Shown here: piece after piece, positions 24,201 to 36,061 of the stretch
Layout: the number at the start of each line of letters is the position of its first letter
Position numbering within the stretch: the first letter of the stretch is position 1
NCBI GenBank assembly: GCA_002633005.1
Contig: NMRA01000238.1
Location: forward strand, 310,001 to 374,000
From: Phoronis australis
Taxonomy: Eukaryota; Animalia; Phoronida
Reading direction: 5' to 3'
DNA length: 64,000 nt
The notes under the pieces: model-generated
What the model saw: only the letters and a program-made list of their open reading frames with translations
Databases searched by the model: none
What the model was told of the DNA's origin: nothing
Made by a program: the position numbers and the translations under genes

Positions 24201-26763
24201 CTCCTGAATATAAATTAAGTTGGGTATCGTCCTCTTTCACTTTTGACCTCGTGTATACGGTGTTTAACTTTCATACGCACTATGGTGGAAATTGGATATA
24301 TTACACAGAAAAATTTTAGACTCAACCATGTTCAAAAGCTGTGCAAATGGTAAATATTTTGTACTAAATTTTAGGGCAATTCTTCATTTACCTTGCACAA
24401 AAATAACAGTCAAAATTGATACTCCTCTATTTTTCAAAGCTTAGTTACTTAGCTACAAATTTGGAAACTTTGTTGTTTTATGACATTTACACATTAAAAA
24501 ACAAGCTAGTAATTGACTATTTTTCAATCTTTTGTAAACTGTTCAGAAGTTTATCAAAATAACATTTTCACATGTTGTTACTCATTGTGTCCTTAACCAG
24601 TGAAAGTTTACCGAGATGATAAAATAGTGACCCATCACAGAACACAACTTACTTCCTGTTAGCATCTTTGCGTTCAATCAACCCTGATCCCTCCACAGAG
24701 ATTCCAGCAAACAGACCTTTAGTTTTTGAGTAAGTATAAATAGCAGCCACACCCCTCACAGCAACATCTGCTTCAACACTACGACCGAGAGGTCCCGCGG
24801 CAATACTGAAGTTACCACCAAGCGTGAGATTGCCTCCTTTTGAGAACGCCTCAACGGCTGACTGCTTATTGAGTATTATCACAAAATCTGTGAGCTAAAA
24901 CACAAAAGGTTGCAGAAGGGAATTTTCTCTCAGAGACATTCATTTCAAGTTATGGTAACAAAGCTGTTCAGTAACATTCTGGAGAATATTATGAGTCTTC
25001 AAAAAACATCTTTTGAAAAGAACTAGCAGTTTGTTGTTTCTCTTGACTGGCTCAACAGCGGTTAGGTGTCATGGCAGGTTATTTTACACTACACACCAAA
25101 AGAAGTAGGAAAAAATACCATTTCTCCTTCAGGACAGGTGATGATTCACCATAACGTGTCATAACAGTTACTCTGATGGTGAATTCGCTTACATTCATAC
25201 ATCATGGTGGGGAATTCCAGTTGTGCTCAGCTACCTTGATGGAGAATTCTGGGTCATTATGGCATGCAATGCACTGCCAAATGTGCCAGTGTGGTCACCT
25301 GTTTCCAAGATCATAAACCACTTCTCATCTGTGTAAGGAACGTTTTGCAACCAGTTTTACAATGGCAAGTAACATAAATAAACCTGTTTATTTCTTTGAC
25401 AAAACCTGTGTGTTTAGAACAGCTTTAAGCCACCTACCTCGGCACCAATTTCAAAACCTCCTCCTAACCCAGCAATGCCGATGGCAGAAGGAGCTGACCA
25501 TTCTGGAAGACAAGAACACAGTTTCTTTATAAGTGAAAAACACAACTACATAAAGCATGCTGTAGACAGATTCCAACACTGAACATTTGACAGACACACC
25601 GCAGTAAGGAAATGTTTATGTCAAAAATGAACTGATCAGTACATCAACAGACCAAATCCAATTATTATTTTCTTCAGTCAAACCACAAGGAAACAAACTT
25701 TAAAAAAATTAATAAAATGTCAATGTTAACCTTTAAAAAATTTGACATACTAAAATTCAAACCATTTTCCATACTGTATGTTAGGTGGAGAACTACCACA
25801 ATGTTATATTAAGCCTTACTTCCACCTTCCAGTTGAGCAATGACAATCCCGCTGCCACCGCGGGCACAAACCAAGAAGCCTGCCTTGACAACAGTCAGGA
25901 TGGCCAGTCCTTTTGCTTTCATGATCAAGCCAGCTAAAAATAAGGTTCAGATGTCAACACCAGATAAAGAGTCGGCGAACAAGTTGGATCAAATAATGAA
26001 ATATTTCTTGCGAGTGAGCGCAGTAAAGACCAAAAAGTAATCACTCAAAATGGCCTAGAATTCCATGGTCCTGTACAGAACTCTACTTTCTCCCACAGGT
26101 AGGCAAATGCAAAAAACCATTGGCCTTGTTTTGGAAATGTCGCGATTATTCTGGAGATCATGCTACGAGACATCATGCATCCAGAGATACTTGTCAAATT
26201 TATCCAACATTCTACCATTCGAGTTGCACATATCCAAGCACAGCAGCAAACTTTGCTGGCATTGGAAGGGTGAATACAGTGATTCTGCCATGAAAAACTC
26301 GAAAGACAAGTCAAAATTAGGTTAAAAAAGATGCATGTTGTGTTTGTGGATGTGTCATCTTGAACAAAACTTTGTTAAGTTGCAAAAATGTTCCATAGCT
26401 AGAGGAGCCACCACATTCATCTCATTACAACATACATATTGTGTGTCACTCTGTGCTAGAATGTTTTCTGAACCCATTTCAAGAACCCCAAGAAATTGAA
26501 ATGGATCCCAAACCTTTTAAAGGCATGTTCATCGATTTCCAGGGTTAGAAAGAGTATGGCGAAAACTGTTCACTATAATACCATCATTGCTATTGTAATT
26601 ATTAATTGATATCATGATCAGAATCATCATTAATGTATTTACATATACCTGGAATAAGTTTGTCTGGACCAGCGCTGGCGCTGGGCACAGTGAACTCTTT
26701 CAGAATCTTGGCAGCCTTTTTAGCCTCAGATTTGAGGCTGTGAGGTATAGGAGTATTCACCAT
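21098..26763 (-). CDS. SH3YL1: SH3 domain-containing YSC84-like protein 1 (SYLF domain + C-terminal SH3), 398 aa, 8 coding exons
   Basis: Exons 26649-26763, 25820-25933, 25438-25502, 24653-24894, 23652-23859, 22758-23007, 22009-22098 and 21098-21210 are all GT-AG, phase-consistent, and total 1197 nt. Translation MVNTPIPHSLKSEAKKAAKILKEF...ARGGSGIV...WSAPSAIGIAGLGGGFEIG...GLFAGISVEGS...ALYDFDG...DDWWEG...GIFPANF matches SH3YL1 as I recall it. Confidence 0.97.
21310..21542. repeat. Degenerate ggtcattaccc-type simple repeat in the SH3YL1 last intron
   Basis: Repeated tcattacc/ggtcatt units. Confidence 0.65.
22009..22098 (-). CDS. SH3YL1: SH3YL1 coding exon 7 (SH3 N-terminal half)
   Basis: VKALYDFDGEMHCDLSFSQG; ttgcag|...|gtaaga. 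Confidence 0.95.
22332..22491. mobile_element. Short degenerate MITE-like element
   Basis: GC-rich insert beginning cagggcggatccagaatttt and ending cccc...aatccaccacgactg, with imperfect terminal inverted repeats. Confidence 0.45.
22758..23007 (-). CDS. SH3YL1: SH3YL1 coding exon 6 (Ser/Pro/Arg-rich linker)
   Basis: SFGFREPRQDKSPPTPRS...RPVSAI; phase 0 to 1 links exons 5 and 7. Confidence 0.88.
23652..23859 (-). CDS. SH3YL1: SH3YL1 coding exon 5
   Basis: FYKDDNIRAYDILSGKVAPPSECKVLYDVL...SKFK; actag|...|gtaaga. Confidence 0.92.
24653..24894 (-). CDS. SH3YL1: SH3YL1 coding exon 4
   Basis: LTDFVIILNKQ...GLFAGISVEGSGLIERKDANRK; ttttag|...|gtaagt. Confidence 0.95.
25438..25502 (-). CDS. SH3YL1: SH3YL1 coding exon 3
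   Basis: WSAPSAIGIAGLGGGFEIGAE; ttccag|...|gtaggt. Confidence 0.95.
25820..25933 (-). CDS. SH3YL1: SH3YL1 coding exon 2
   Basis: GLIMKAKGLAILTVVKAGFLVCARGGSGIVIAQLEGG; tttttag|...|gtaagg. Confidence 0.95.
26649..26763 (-). CDS. SH3YL1: SH3YL1 coding exon 1 (5'UTR part extends to an acceptor at 26842)
   Basis: MVNTPIPHSLKSEAKKAAKILKEFTVPSASAGPDKLIP; donor G|gtatat. Confidence 0.95.
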
Positions 26764-28069
26764 ATTGAGCAGATCTCACACGTGCACTTCTACTGTCATC
26801 TTCAGTTACTGCATGGGCCTAAGCCAGTCAAACCTTGTGGTTCTAAAATAGAAACACTACACCATTGTAAAGCATAAAATGGTATGTAACATAACTTTTC
26901 AATGATTTGATATTTTCATATCACAAGCATGTTTTTGCAATAAATACTTGAAATTTGAAGCAAAAATGAATACTTACAAACCACTCTATGCTTGTTCTAA
27001 AGTTAGTGAGTCAAACTGACAAAGAAGCACAAACACTTTGACCCTCCTGCTATAACAGAAGTATAAAGAGCCCTAGAAAGCCTTTTACCACTATCTTGAT
27101 TTGACCCGGCATGGGCCGCATAATATTGACTTGCACTCGTCAACCCTGGTAACTGATGAAAACATCTGCAAAACTACACAAAATCAAAAGTATTTACTCA
27201 GCAGATAAATTACAGATCATTGGGTCCTATAATAATGCAGATGCTTGCACCTCTTTCATAATCATCTAGCCCTGATACTATAATCTCTTTTTTCAGAGTA
27301 CTCATAGTTGCCATGACATTTTTGGTGGCACATTTGGCACAGTTCCACTTTTTCAAGCTTTATAGGTGTCGTGCAACAGCATCAGAATGTCCCACTTACT
27401 GACACAATATTCACGTAATATTTTACAGGCATGGTTTAAAAAAAGCTGGGCACACTTTTTTAGGACATATACAGACATCTCCCTTTGTGGCATCCCCGAT
27501 CCAGATGATCCACTTTTTCATTTTGGAAAGCTGGAAATATGGAGAAGTAAATTGACAGCAAAACCTTTTGAAAATAGAATTTGTTAAATAAATACAGTGT
27601 TGTCCATTTATTGATAACTTGCTCAAACTCCCAATATACGGGTGTAAAAGGAATGATCTCATCTCTGTCTCTGTAGTAGCATGGCACCTGTTGGTCATCG
27701 TCGATACTAGTGCATTTGTATAATTTGGTCATACCTTATTTGGTCAGGGACCATGAACTTCAAGAATTTTAACTTGGTGCCCCTTAAACTTTCGGCTATA
27801 TCTCTAAATTCACCCCTATCGACTCCAAAAGCAAGTGATCGTTCTCGTAGTTCTTCCCACAAAACACTGGGGCTTAATTGTCTAACAAGACACAGCAATC
27901 ACATATGCACACTCACTGCACTTATGTACCAAAACAAAGACCGACTATGTCCGACAACGCAACTCAAGATTGCTTGTGAGAAAACGTACTAGTGACAGTT
28001 ACTGTTTTGTTTAGTTAATAAATGCTGCATACTATGTACTACAACATGGCGATTGTAAGCCTCAGACGT

Positions 28070-29495
28070 TAGCCAGCCAGCTAGCTGTATGAACACTAAC
28101 GCCAAAATACAGCTGTGTGTTTTCTTTCCATAGACCCCGAAATTGCACACAGCCAGGGTAGTTCTGCTCAACACCTCGCCATGAAACTTGCTTCAACATG
28201 TAACGCTAAAGACCGAACAGGGTGCAATACAAAATCTGGGAGCCAACCGACACTCACCTATGCCCGTTACAGCCGTTTAAGTGAAAACAATGCAACTAAC
28301 ATCATTTTCTTGCATCATTCACAACCTTTTGTAACAATGAAAAGTATGTTGTCATTGTTGTTTTGAAAACAGTACGCTCCTGTCACGCGCACGCGCTATT
28401 TCCTAAATTTTTGCTACAGCTTCGCAGCACCAAAATTTGTTCTGAAATTCAGTTTTTCGGTATCAAAATTCTAAACACTAAATGAAACCAGTTCTGATAA
28501 TTTGTTGTGACATCTACGCAACCTGGTGGAAGAAGTACAGTTGATTGAAGAATCAGCGAAAAAAGAAACTGGCCATTAGGTTACGCAATAGTTCATGACG
28601 CGGAAAGCCGTCGCTAAAGATCGCTCCACAACTTTAGCAGCAGAATAACGGTATAACGCCATTTTTTCCAATACCATTAAATAATTTAGTTTACTCAAGG
28701 AAGACTGTAGTTTTTAATGACAGTAATTTTGTGTCAGATCTTGTCTTACCATTTTTTACCAACATCAGTACAAAGCTGTAATACAGCTTTGTACAGGCTA
28801 GCCTAGCCAGCCAGCTAGCTGTATGAAGACTATTGTCAAAATACAGCTAGGTACCACTGTGCGTTTTCTTCCATAGACCCCGAAATTGCACACAGCCAGG
28901 GTAGTTCTGCTCGTCACCTCGCCGTGAAGATTGCTTCAACATGTAAAGCTCAAGACCGGACGGGGTGCATGCAATACCTGGGAGTTATACCGTCACTCAC
29001 TTTGCCCGTTACGACCGTTTAAGTGAAAAACAATGCAACAACGTCATTTTCTTGCGTCATTTTCAACCTTTTGTAACAATGAAAAGTATGTTGTTGTTTT
29101 GAAAACAGTACGCTCATGTCACGCGCACACGGCATTTCCTAAATTTTTGCGACAACTTCGCAGCAGCAAAATTTGTTCTGAAATTCAGTTTCTCGGTATC
29201 GAAATTCTAAAAAATTATCATGAAGTGAAATCAGTTCCAATAATTTGTTGCGACATGTACGCAACCTCGTGAAAGAACAACAGTTGATTGAAGAATCTGC
29301 GAAAAAAGAAACTGGCCAATAGGTGACGCAATATTTCATGGTGCGGAAAGCGGTCGGTCGCTAAAGATCGCTCCACAACTTTAGCAGCAGAATAACGGTA
29401 GAACACCATTTTTTCCAACACTGTTAAATAATTTAGTTTACTCAAGGAAGACTGTAGTTTTTAATGACACTAATTTTGTGTTAGATTTTATCTTA
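28070..29495. repeat. Tandem duplication of a ~680-690-bp unit (28070-28748 and 28804-29495)
   Basis: Long near-identical blocks shared by both copies, e.g. ccatagaccccgaaattgcacacagccagggtagttctgctc and gctaaagatcgctccacaactttagcagcagaataacggta. Confidence 0.95.
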
Positions 29496-29899
29496 TTCTT
29501 TACACTTTTTACTAGGATGATTAAATTGGAAAAAAAAATAATTTCCAACTTGCAACAAAGACAATAGTAAAAATCTTCCTATGTTGTGAACATAGATTAT
29601 TGAAGATTTTCTACCTCTGTCCATCACCGAGTCTCAACTTTTAACACTCACACGCATTTGCACGAAATAGTACAGTTTTTGGAGCTAGAGCTGTCGCCAA
29701 CTTTGTTTTTATTTCCGCAATGATTGTGCATACTACGGCCACAGCATAAGGTTAAAAACTATGTGAGGCCACATTTGCGTAAAGTCACATAAATCTCACT
29801 CTTTTTACATCACCATCGGATGAATATTCTAATGACAGTTACTTTTATACAATTCACAACAAAAAGAAGTAATAAAAGCATATAAAAATTGGAAAACGT

Positions 29900-30030
29900 C
29901 GAAAAGTTTGCATCCGCGCACCAGGCCGATAGATGGCGAAAGTCACGTGATCAACATTTTTAAATCCAAAATGTCTGTCGTGTCGCTGGGTTTCGTGTAA
30001 ACAGAAGATAACTCAGGTGAGTCACGTACT
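29900..30030. promoter_or_regulatory. Putative bidirectional promoter (SH3YL1 / MAP3K19-like), including a non-coding first exon of the + strand gene ending at 30016
   Basis: CpG-rich patch between two divergent genes; YY1-like AGATGGCG (29931), E-box GTCACGTGAT (29942-29951), forkhead GTAAACA (29997), consensus donor CAG|gtgagt at 30016/30017. Confidence 0.6.
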
Positions 30031-33000
30031 GCAATATTGGCTTAATTCAACCCATAGGGTTTTACAGACGCTTTGATTTATCGAGTGTAGGAAGCTACCA
30101 GCTCTAGCGTTGCAGCAGTAACTTGTCAGCTTTTGAAGTAGGTTTTTTCTGTTTATTTTGACACTTCGAATTTAGCTGTCTTGGCAATGTCAGTCTTGGT
30201 TATTTGAATTACTTAAATTTGTTATTTGATTTAGGCTTGCACATTTCTTGAGGTAATTTTGTGACTGGTGATTGTTTTGAGTGTTTCTGTTGGCTGATTC
30301 AGTGTGATTTAAGTGAATTTAAGAACTCATTTGCGATGCATTGCCTTGCCCAAGGCGAAGTCTTGGTTCTATTGACTATTTCAATCAGTTGTGACATTTT
30401 GTTCAAGCACTGGCCCAGTGCATTTGGCTAGACACATTGTAACCTATCTGTAAATAAATGTAATTTACAAACACTCCAGAGAAATTAATTATCTTTTGGA
30501 GCCCAAGTTTGCCTGAATTTTGCAAATCAAAACATTACCAGGGCTCTGTTTAAGTCTCTAAGTATGATTTAGCTGGCATGACATCAAATGTTATTGTTCA
30601 ACGAGCGGTTCATGAGATGATGGAATGACAGCATTGTTAGTTCGGTCTAAGTTGAGACTAAAATAGTTTCATGAAATGAAACCCTGATGTTGTTGTGATG
30701 CTCAAATGAATCAAAATACAGTACTGGCTGCTTATGAACAGTTAAGTCGAGTAATGAAAGAAGTCACCAATATGTGAAAATATCAACATGACCCCCCCCC
30801 CCCAAATCTTTTGCTGGAAAGTTAATGTTGTAGATTGAGAAACGAAATCCAAAAGGAACTAACAACGTTTAGTCATTTTCAACACACCTACTGGCTGTTG
30901 TAAAGTGTTACGGTTTGGTTCTGGACTCCGAGTGTGATTTAGAGTCGAATAATGCCCAGCTCTAGATTGCTTGCCAATTGGCAAGTGCTTCTCGATTGAA
31001 TGGTTTGAACATTTGATTGTATACTGAAGACACTTGGTTCACATCTCAGTGCTTGTGGATTTTTTACAGACCTAGTTATTAGTTGAAATTATAGCTCAAG
31101 CCTTTCGAAAATGAGCGCAATCATAGAGGTTATGTTTCATTGAAAATTGTTTTTCTTCACAAAACTTCATAAAGTCAACCACGTGAGTAACTCTAGTTTC
31201 TGACTGACTGCACAAGATGATTTCATTGGAGTTAAAAAGTTGTAGATTTAATAGAACTCAACTTGACACACTAATAGTTGTTCACATGTGTACAGCGGAA
31301 TGGACAATTAAGGGGACATGGTCATGTTTACAGCAAAAAACAAAATATTTTGGGATTATTGTCATTGTATATAGGCTCTAGACTTTCTGAAGTTATTAGC
31401 ATTGACCAGAACCATGAAGTAAAATTCACTGTGGCTTTGTGATTAAGGCCTGTGTGAAAAAATCTACAGGGAACGATTCCAGTGTGTTGTTCACGTGTGG
31501 AAGTATTGTCCATTGCCAATCTATTTTGAGAGAAATATAAGGAACCTGATGTCAAAATCACCAGTGGAAATACTGTTATAGTACTCTTTGGGCATCACAC
31601 TGTAAGAAGTGTTGGCTTGGATGTGCTTTTGATTTATCTATGTGAGATATTGAAATTCTTCTATCAGTTGATTATGAGTTTTGTTAATCTACTCTCTGCT
31701 CTAAGGGCTAATTACGTTACAAGGGCATAGTGTCAAAACTGTTGAGGTTAAACAGTTTCAGGATGAGACTTTTCAATTTAACGATTACTGCACATATAGT
31801 ATGTCCTCTCTTATTTAGCTCACAATATGGCTAACAAGTGAAATTCTATTTTGTCAAATTTCTCCACAAAAATAAAGATTAAGAAAATTTTAGTCTATCA
31901 CAAGCATGGTTTGTACTGTGTAGGTGTCATGAAACAACTTTTGGCAACTTTTCGTTCATAGTAAAGTTTAATCAGCATTTGCAAAATGACAATTTTGTCA
32001 CTTATTTTTGTGCAAAATTAGTGTTACTGTAACTTCATTGAGCAAATGTTCAGTAACTTAATCCAAAAATGGTATTATGGTCAACAACCTGATCACTGAC
32101 TGGTGGTGACATCATTTTTATAATCCTTCCCTTTCACTTAGCATACGTCAGTGTGTCAATTATCTGGTTATTTGTCTCTTTAGATTTATAGCCAAATGTC
32201 AGACAATTTTTAGTGTCTAGGCCCTTCAAATGTCAGGGTATGTTTAACTAGGATGTGATTAGAGGGGAATCCAATGTCTAACAAATTAATTACAATTTTC
32301 CACTGCTAATTTACCTATGGTTTACTGAATACTTTGTCAATGTTGTAAATCACCGTGCCTTATTGGCTTAGGATAGTACTAGTAATATGTTTGATTTACT
32401 TTGCTATAACATCTTGGTATGATATTTGCGGCTCCATACATTCACACTATTTTGTGATGCACCATTTTTTTGTGAACTTAGGGTTGCAAAATGATTGGGG
32501 TGGAACATTTCACGTTTATATATACATGATATATGGTCAAATCCGTATTGTTGTACTTGGTAAGGAATTTGGTGCAGTGTTTTTAGTTCAGGTAAATGTC
32601 AACTTTTTAATTAAATATCATTCTTCCTGATATTTTTCTCAAATGTTTCTGTATAATGATAAAAAACAATTTCATCTCCGCACATGCACCATCTAAGACA
32701 TTGGCTAGTGAAAATGAGAAAGGTATAACACAAAATTGCAGGTGTGGAATTGTTTTCAATTTGCATACATAAATATACATGGATAGACAATTGACATGAT
32801 GATAAGAATGGTTTGTATCTGTTAGGGTGTACAAAACAAAAATTGGCATTTTAACGTTGCACTTGGTCTTTAAAAAGTGGAAAATACACTAGTCAGGCAA
32901 CTATTTTTGTACGAAATTGAAGAGTTACAAGTTTTGACAGGACTGTGTTTTATCTATCACACATGATATCTAAATTTGGTTTGATGGTAGAAACTAAGTT

Positions 33001-34102
33001 CTATTATGGCATGGACAATTTTGAGTTTATTTTGTTTCTTGTTAAAACTGCATTTACTCGACAATCTTTAAGTACCAAAAATGAGAAATTTATGTATTAA
33101 GCTACGAAAGCTTACAGAGTCATCCAATATTCTTTACTGTGATGGGACGGGATTTCCAATATCAACAGGAACATCGAAACCATCAGGTGCATATACCAGT
33201 AACTTGTAAACATAGCTTGTGATTTCAGTTGCTGACTTGTGCTATAGTTAAGGACTAGATGAATTTGGTAATGAACCCCAAAAGCACTTTGATTAAGAGG
33301 TTAACATTGACAGAATTCTGAGCTTTTGTCAATCTGGTTCACGTTTTCTGCTATTAGGCAATAAATAGGGAGACACTCACTATTTGCTCAAATTTGATAA
33401 TATGTTTCACCAAGTCGGTTCTTTTGGTGAAATGTGTACAAAACTATAGAAATTTGCTACATAAAAGTAATTTTTTATGAACTTAGAAAGACAGTAGACT
33501 GATTGTTGTAACTTTGAACACGTTTGGTATTTATTGGGTGATGTGACTACATGTTTTTAGTAAAATTTATCCCAAAAGAAAGTCAGTAAATTCACAGCAA
33601 AACAACGGTATCAATAACCCATTGACAAAATTTCATCTGATAAATATGTTCACCATGAAATCTCAAAAACACTGTACAGTTTTCTAAAATATTTCATTTT
33701 CGTTTCATGTAACTTCCATTTTTTGAAAAAAATCACAAAAGTTGTATTTGTGATAGCCCTTTGTACAAAAGTGGGACATTTCAAAGATGACTCCAAGCAG
33801 CATTTTGGAGAACAATGTACACGTGCAAATCATGTGAAAGGCACACATGAAGTTAGCCAAATTTGAACATTTTTCAATGGTATGCCCTCAACATAGTCAT
33901 AGACCTGTTATTCAATGTAATACAAGTGAAGAAATGACCTTTTGTCTGTGAATACATAATACATGCACATCAGCCAATATCTGCTACTAACTATTTCAAC
34001 AATAACCGAAGCTTATTAAGTGTATGTAAAAGGTTTTTGCAGTTATTGATTATTTTAAAAGGTATCAATGGTCTTTCTCCCAGTAACTGATTTGTAACCT
34101 TT

Positions 34103-34116
34103 GTTGCCATGGATAC
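34103..34116. promoter_or_regulatory. RFX X-box
   Basis: GTTGCCATGGATAC matches the X-box consensus. Confidence 0.5.
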
Positions 34117-36047
34117 AGGTTTCCATATCCTGTAGTCAGTGTTAAAAGTGTTACCTTAATTGAATGAAATGAAGAAATATTCTGTGTGCTCATTATGCTG
34201 CACTCATCAGTACTAGTGTTTAATGAGGCAGTGCAGTGCGATCAGTCTTCACGTTCACTTCATTTTGCACACCCAAAATTATTTGTAAAAATAATACTGT
34301 ATCCCTCCCTGCTTGGTGGAATTTTCTAGCCTGATCTAAATCGCACAGTCAAGTTTTGCACTTGGCAAAATATCAACAAAAAACCTTGTTGTTAATGCCA
34401 TTTAGTGAATGCTTCGTCATGATTTGGGCCGTAAAAGTTTCCGCGTTTTTTTGTCATTGGTCATTCCAAGCCCTGATTAATGCTTACACTTAATTCTAAG
34501 TTAATATGCACGCCTCTTTAACTGTTATATTAAGTGGGTGACTTGTCCTGTCACTGAAAGGCCTTTTGCATTATAGATTTAGAACGCGGTAGACTAACAT
34601 TCTTTCTCAACTAGAATAATTTTATACCCAATATGAAAGTTGATATAGAGCAGTCTAAATTTAGCATGGTACTAATGTTAGTATGACTGGAAAGGCCAGA
34701 CAGGTGAGCGGACCAAAGTTTGTTAATTACGTAAGCACTATAGGAAATTTTGATCCAGACTATTTTTCTTGTCTGCCCTAAATTGTCTTACCATTTCACA
34801 CACGCTCATTTTTGCTCACTGCTTACTGTCAACATATCTCTAACAAGAATATAACTGGTAACTGGTTACCAGAGGAAACTGAGATTCTTCTGACTGAGAA
34901 CTAGTCCAGACTAACTAATTGCACAGCCTATACTCAAAAGAGTGTTTTACCAATAATGTGAACCATGCAATCACTAGTTTATCTACTACCTCAGTTATCA
35001 AGTTTTCTATGTATGTATGGACAATACTACTATTAATGGAATAAACCATGGCTATGTGAGGCTGAGGAATGTAGGTTGTCCGCAATCGATACATTATTCT
35101 GTTGTCTGGATGGTTTTAAAGGTTTTAGTCCTTTATAGACAACTTGCCTTGTTAATGTTTTAACAAGGCAAATTTGTGAGATTATTTTTGCCCAAAAATG
35201 ATAAGATTTTGCAGTAAGTCCTTACCATACCAGTACATCAGATGGCAAGAGTAATGCAGCATAGAATGCCAATTGGCTGGTCCACCCCCAGCAGTCTCAC
35301 CAGGCTTTTACTGCATGCTGGATCACAATTTTTTATCGATTGTAATATTAGTTGTGCATGGCTATTCGGTGCTTTTAAGTAGATTCAACCGGTAAAGTCT
35401 CAAGTCACAGCTGTCACAGTCGTCAGCTTCGTGCCCACTGCAGTTTGGGCCTTATTATTTTTATCAGGTTTAATGATTGTTTAAATATAAAAATGACTAA
35501 AAACAGAATACAGCTGAACTTCGACAGCTTTCCGTTGTTCCTACCATGCGAACACTGTTTCAAAAGCAACCCCTTCAAAAGGACATCAGTGTACTTATTT
35601 TCTCATCCACTATACCACATCTTTAGACAATTTGATAAATTATGCTAATGTTGTGGTTAGATTCTGTGGTGTCTGCTTTGACTTGATGACAGTTTTCTGG
35701 ATAATGTTTGTCCACAGCTATCAACCACCAGTGGAGTGTTTGTATGTTCAAGTGTAATGATGTGATACTCAAGTGTATAATACTTGATCCCCTCATCCAC
35801 TCCACATGTAAACAAATGATGGGCCATTTATTGGCTTTCAGTAAAGACAACCTCTTCTTTGTTTCACATCTGTGGCTGTCAATAGTAGCTTTGTGTAGAG
35901 TTGGAATGTTGCCATGACTGGTTCCATTTTACCATATGGTAAAATCTCACTTTGGGACAAAACTAATTGTCATCTCTCTTTTCCTTTTTCAAGGTCTTCT
36001 GACATTGTTTTAAATGCCCATATTTTTTTTAAAAATGTTGTCTGATG

Positions 36048-36061
36048 GTAGCCATGGTAAC
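36048..36061. promoter_or_regulatory. RFX X-box
   Basis: GTAGCCATGGTAAC. Confidence 0.45.
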
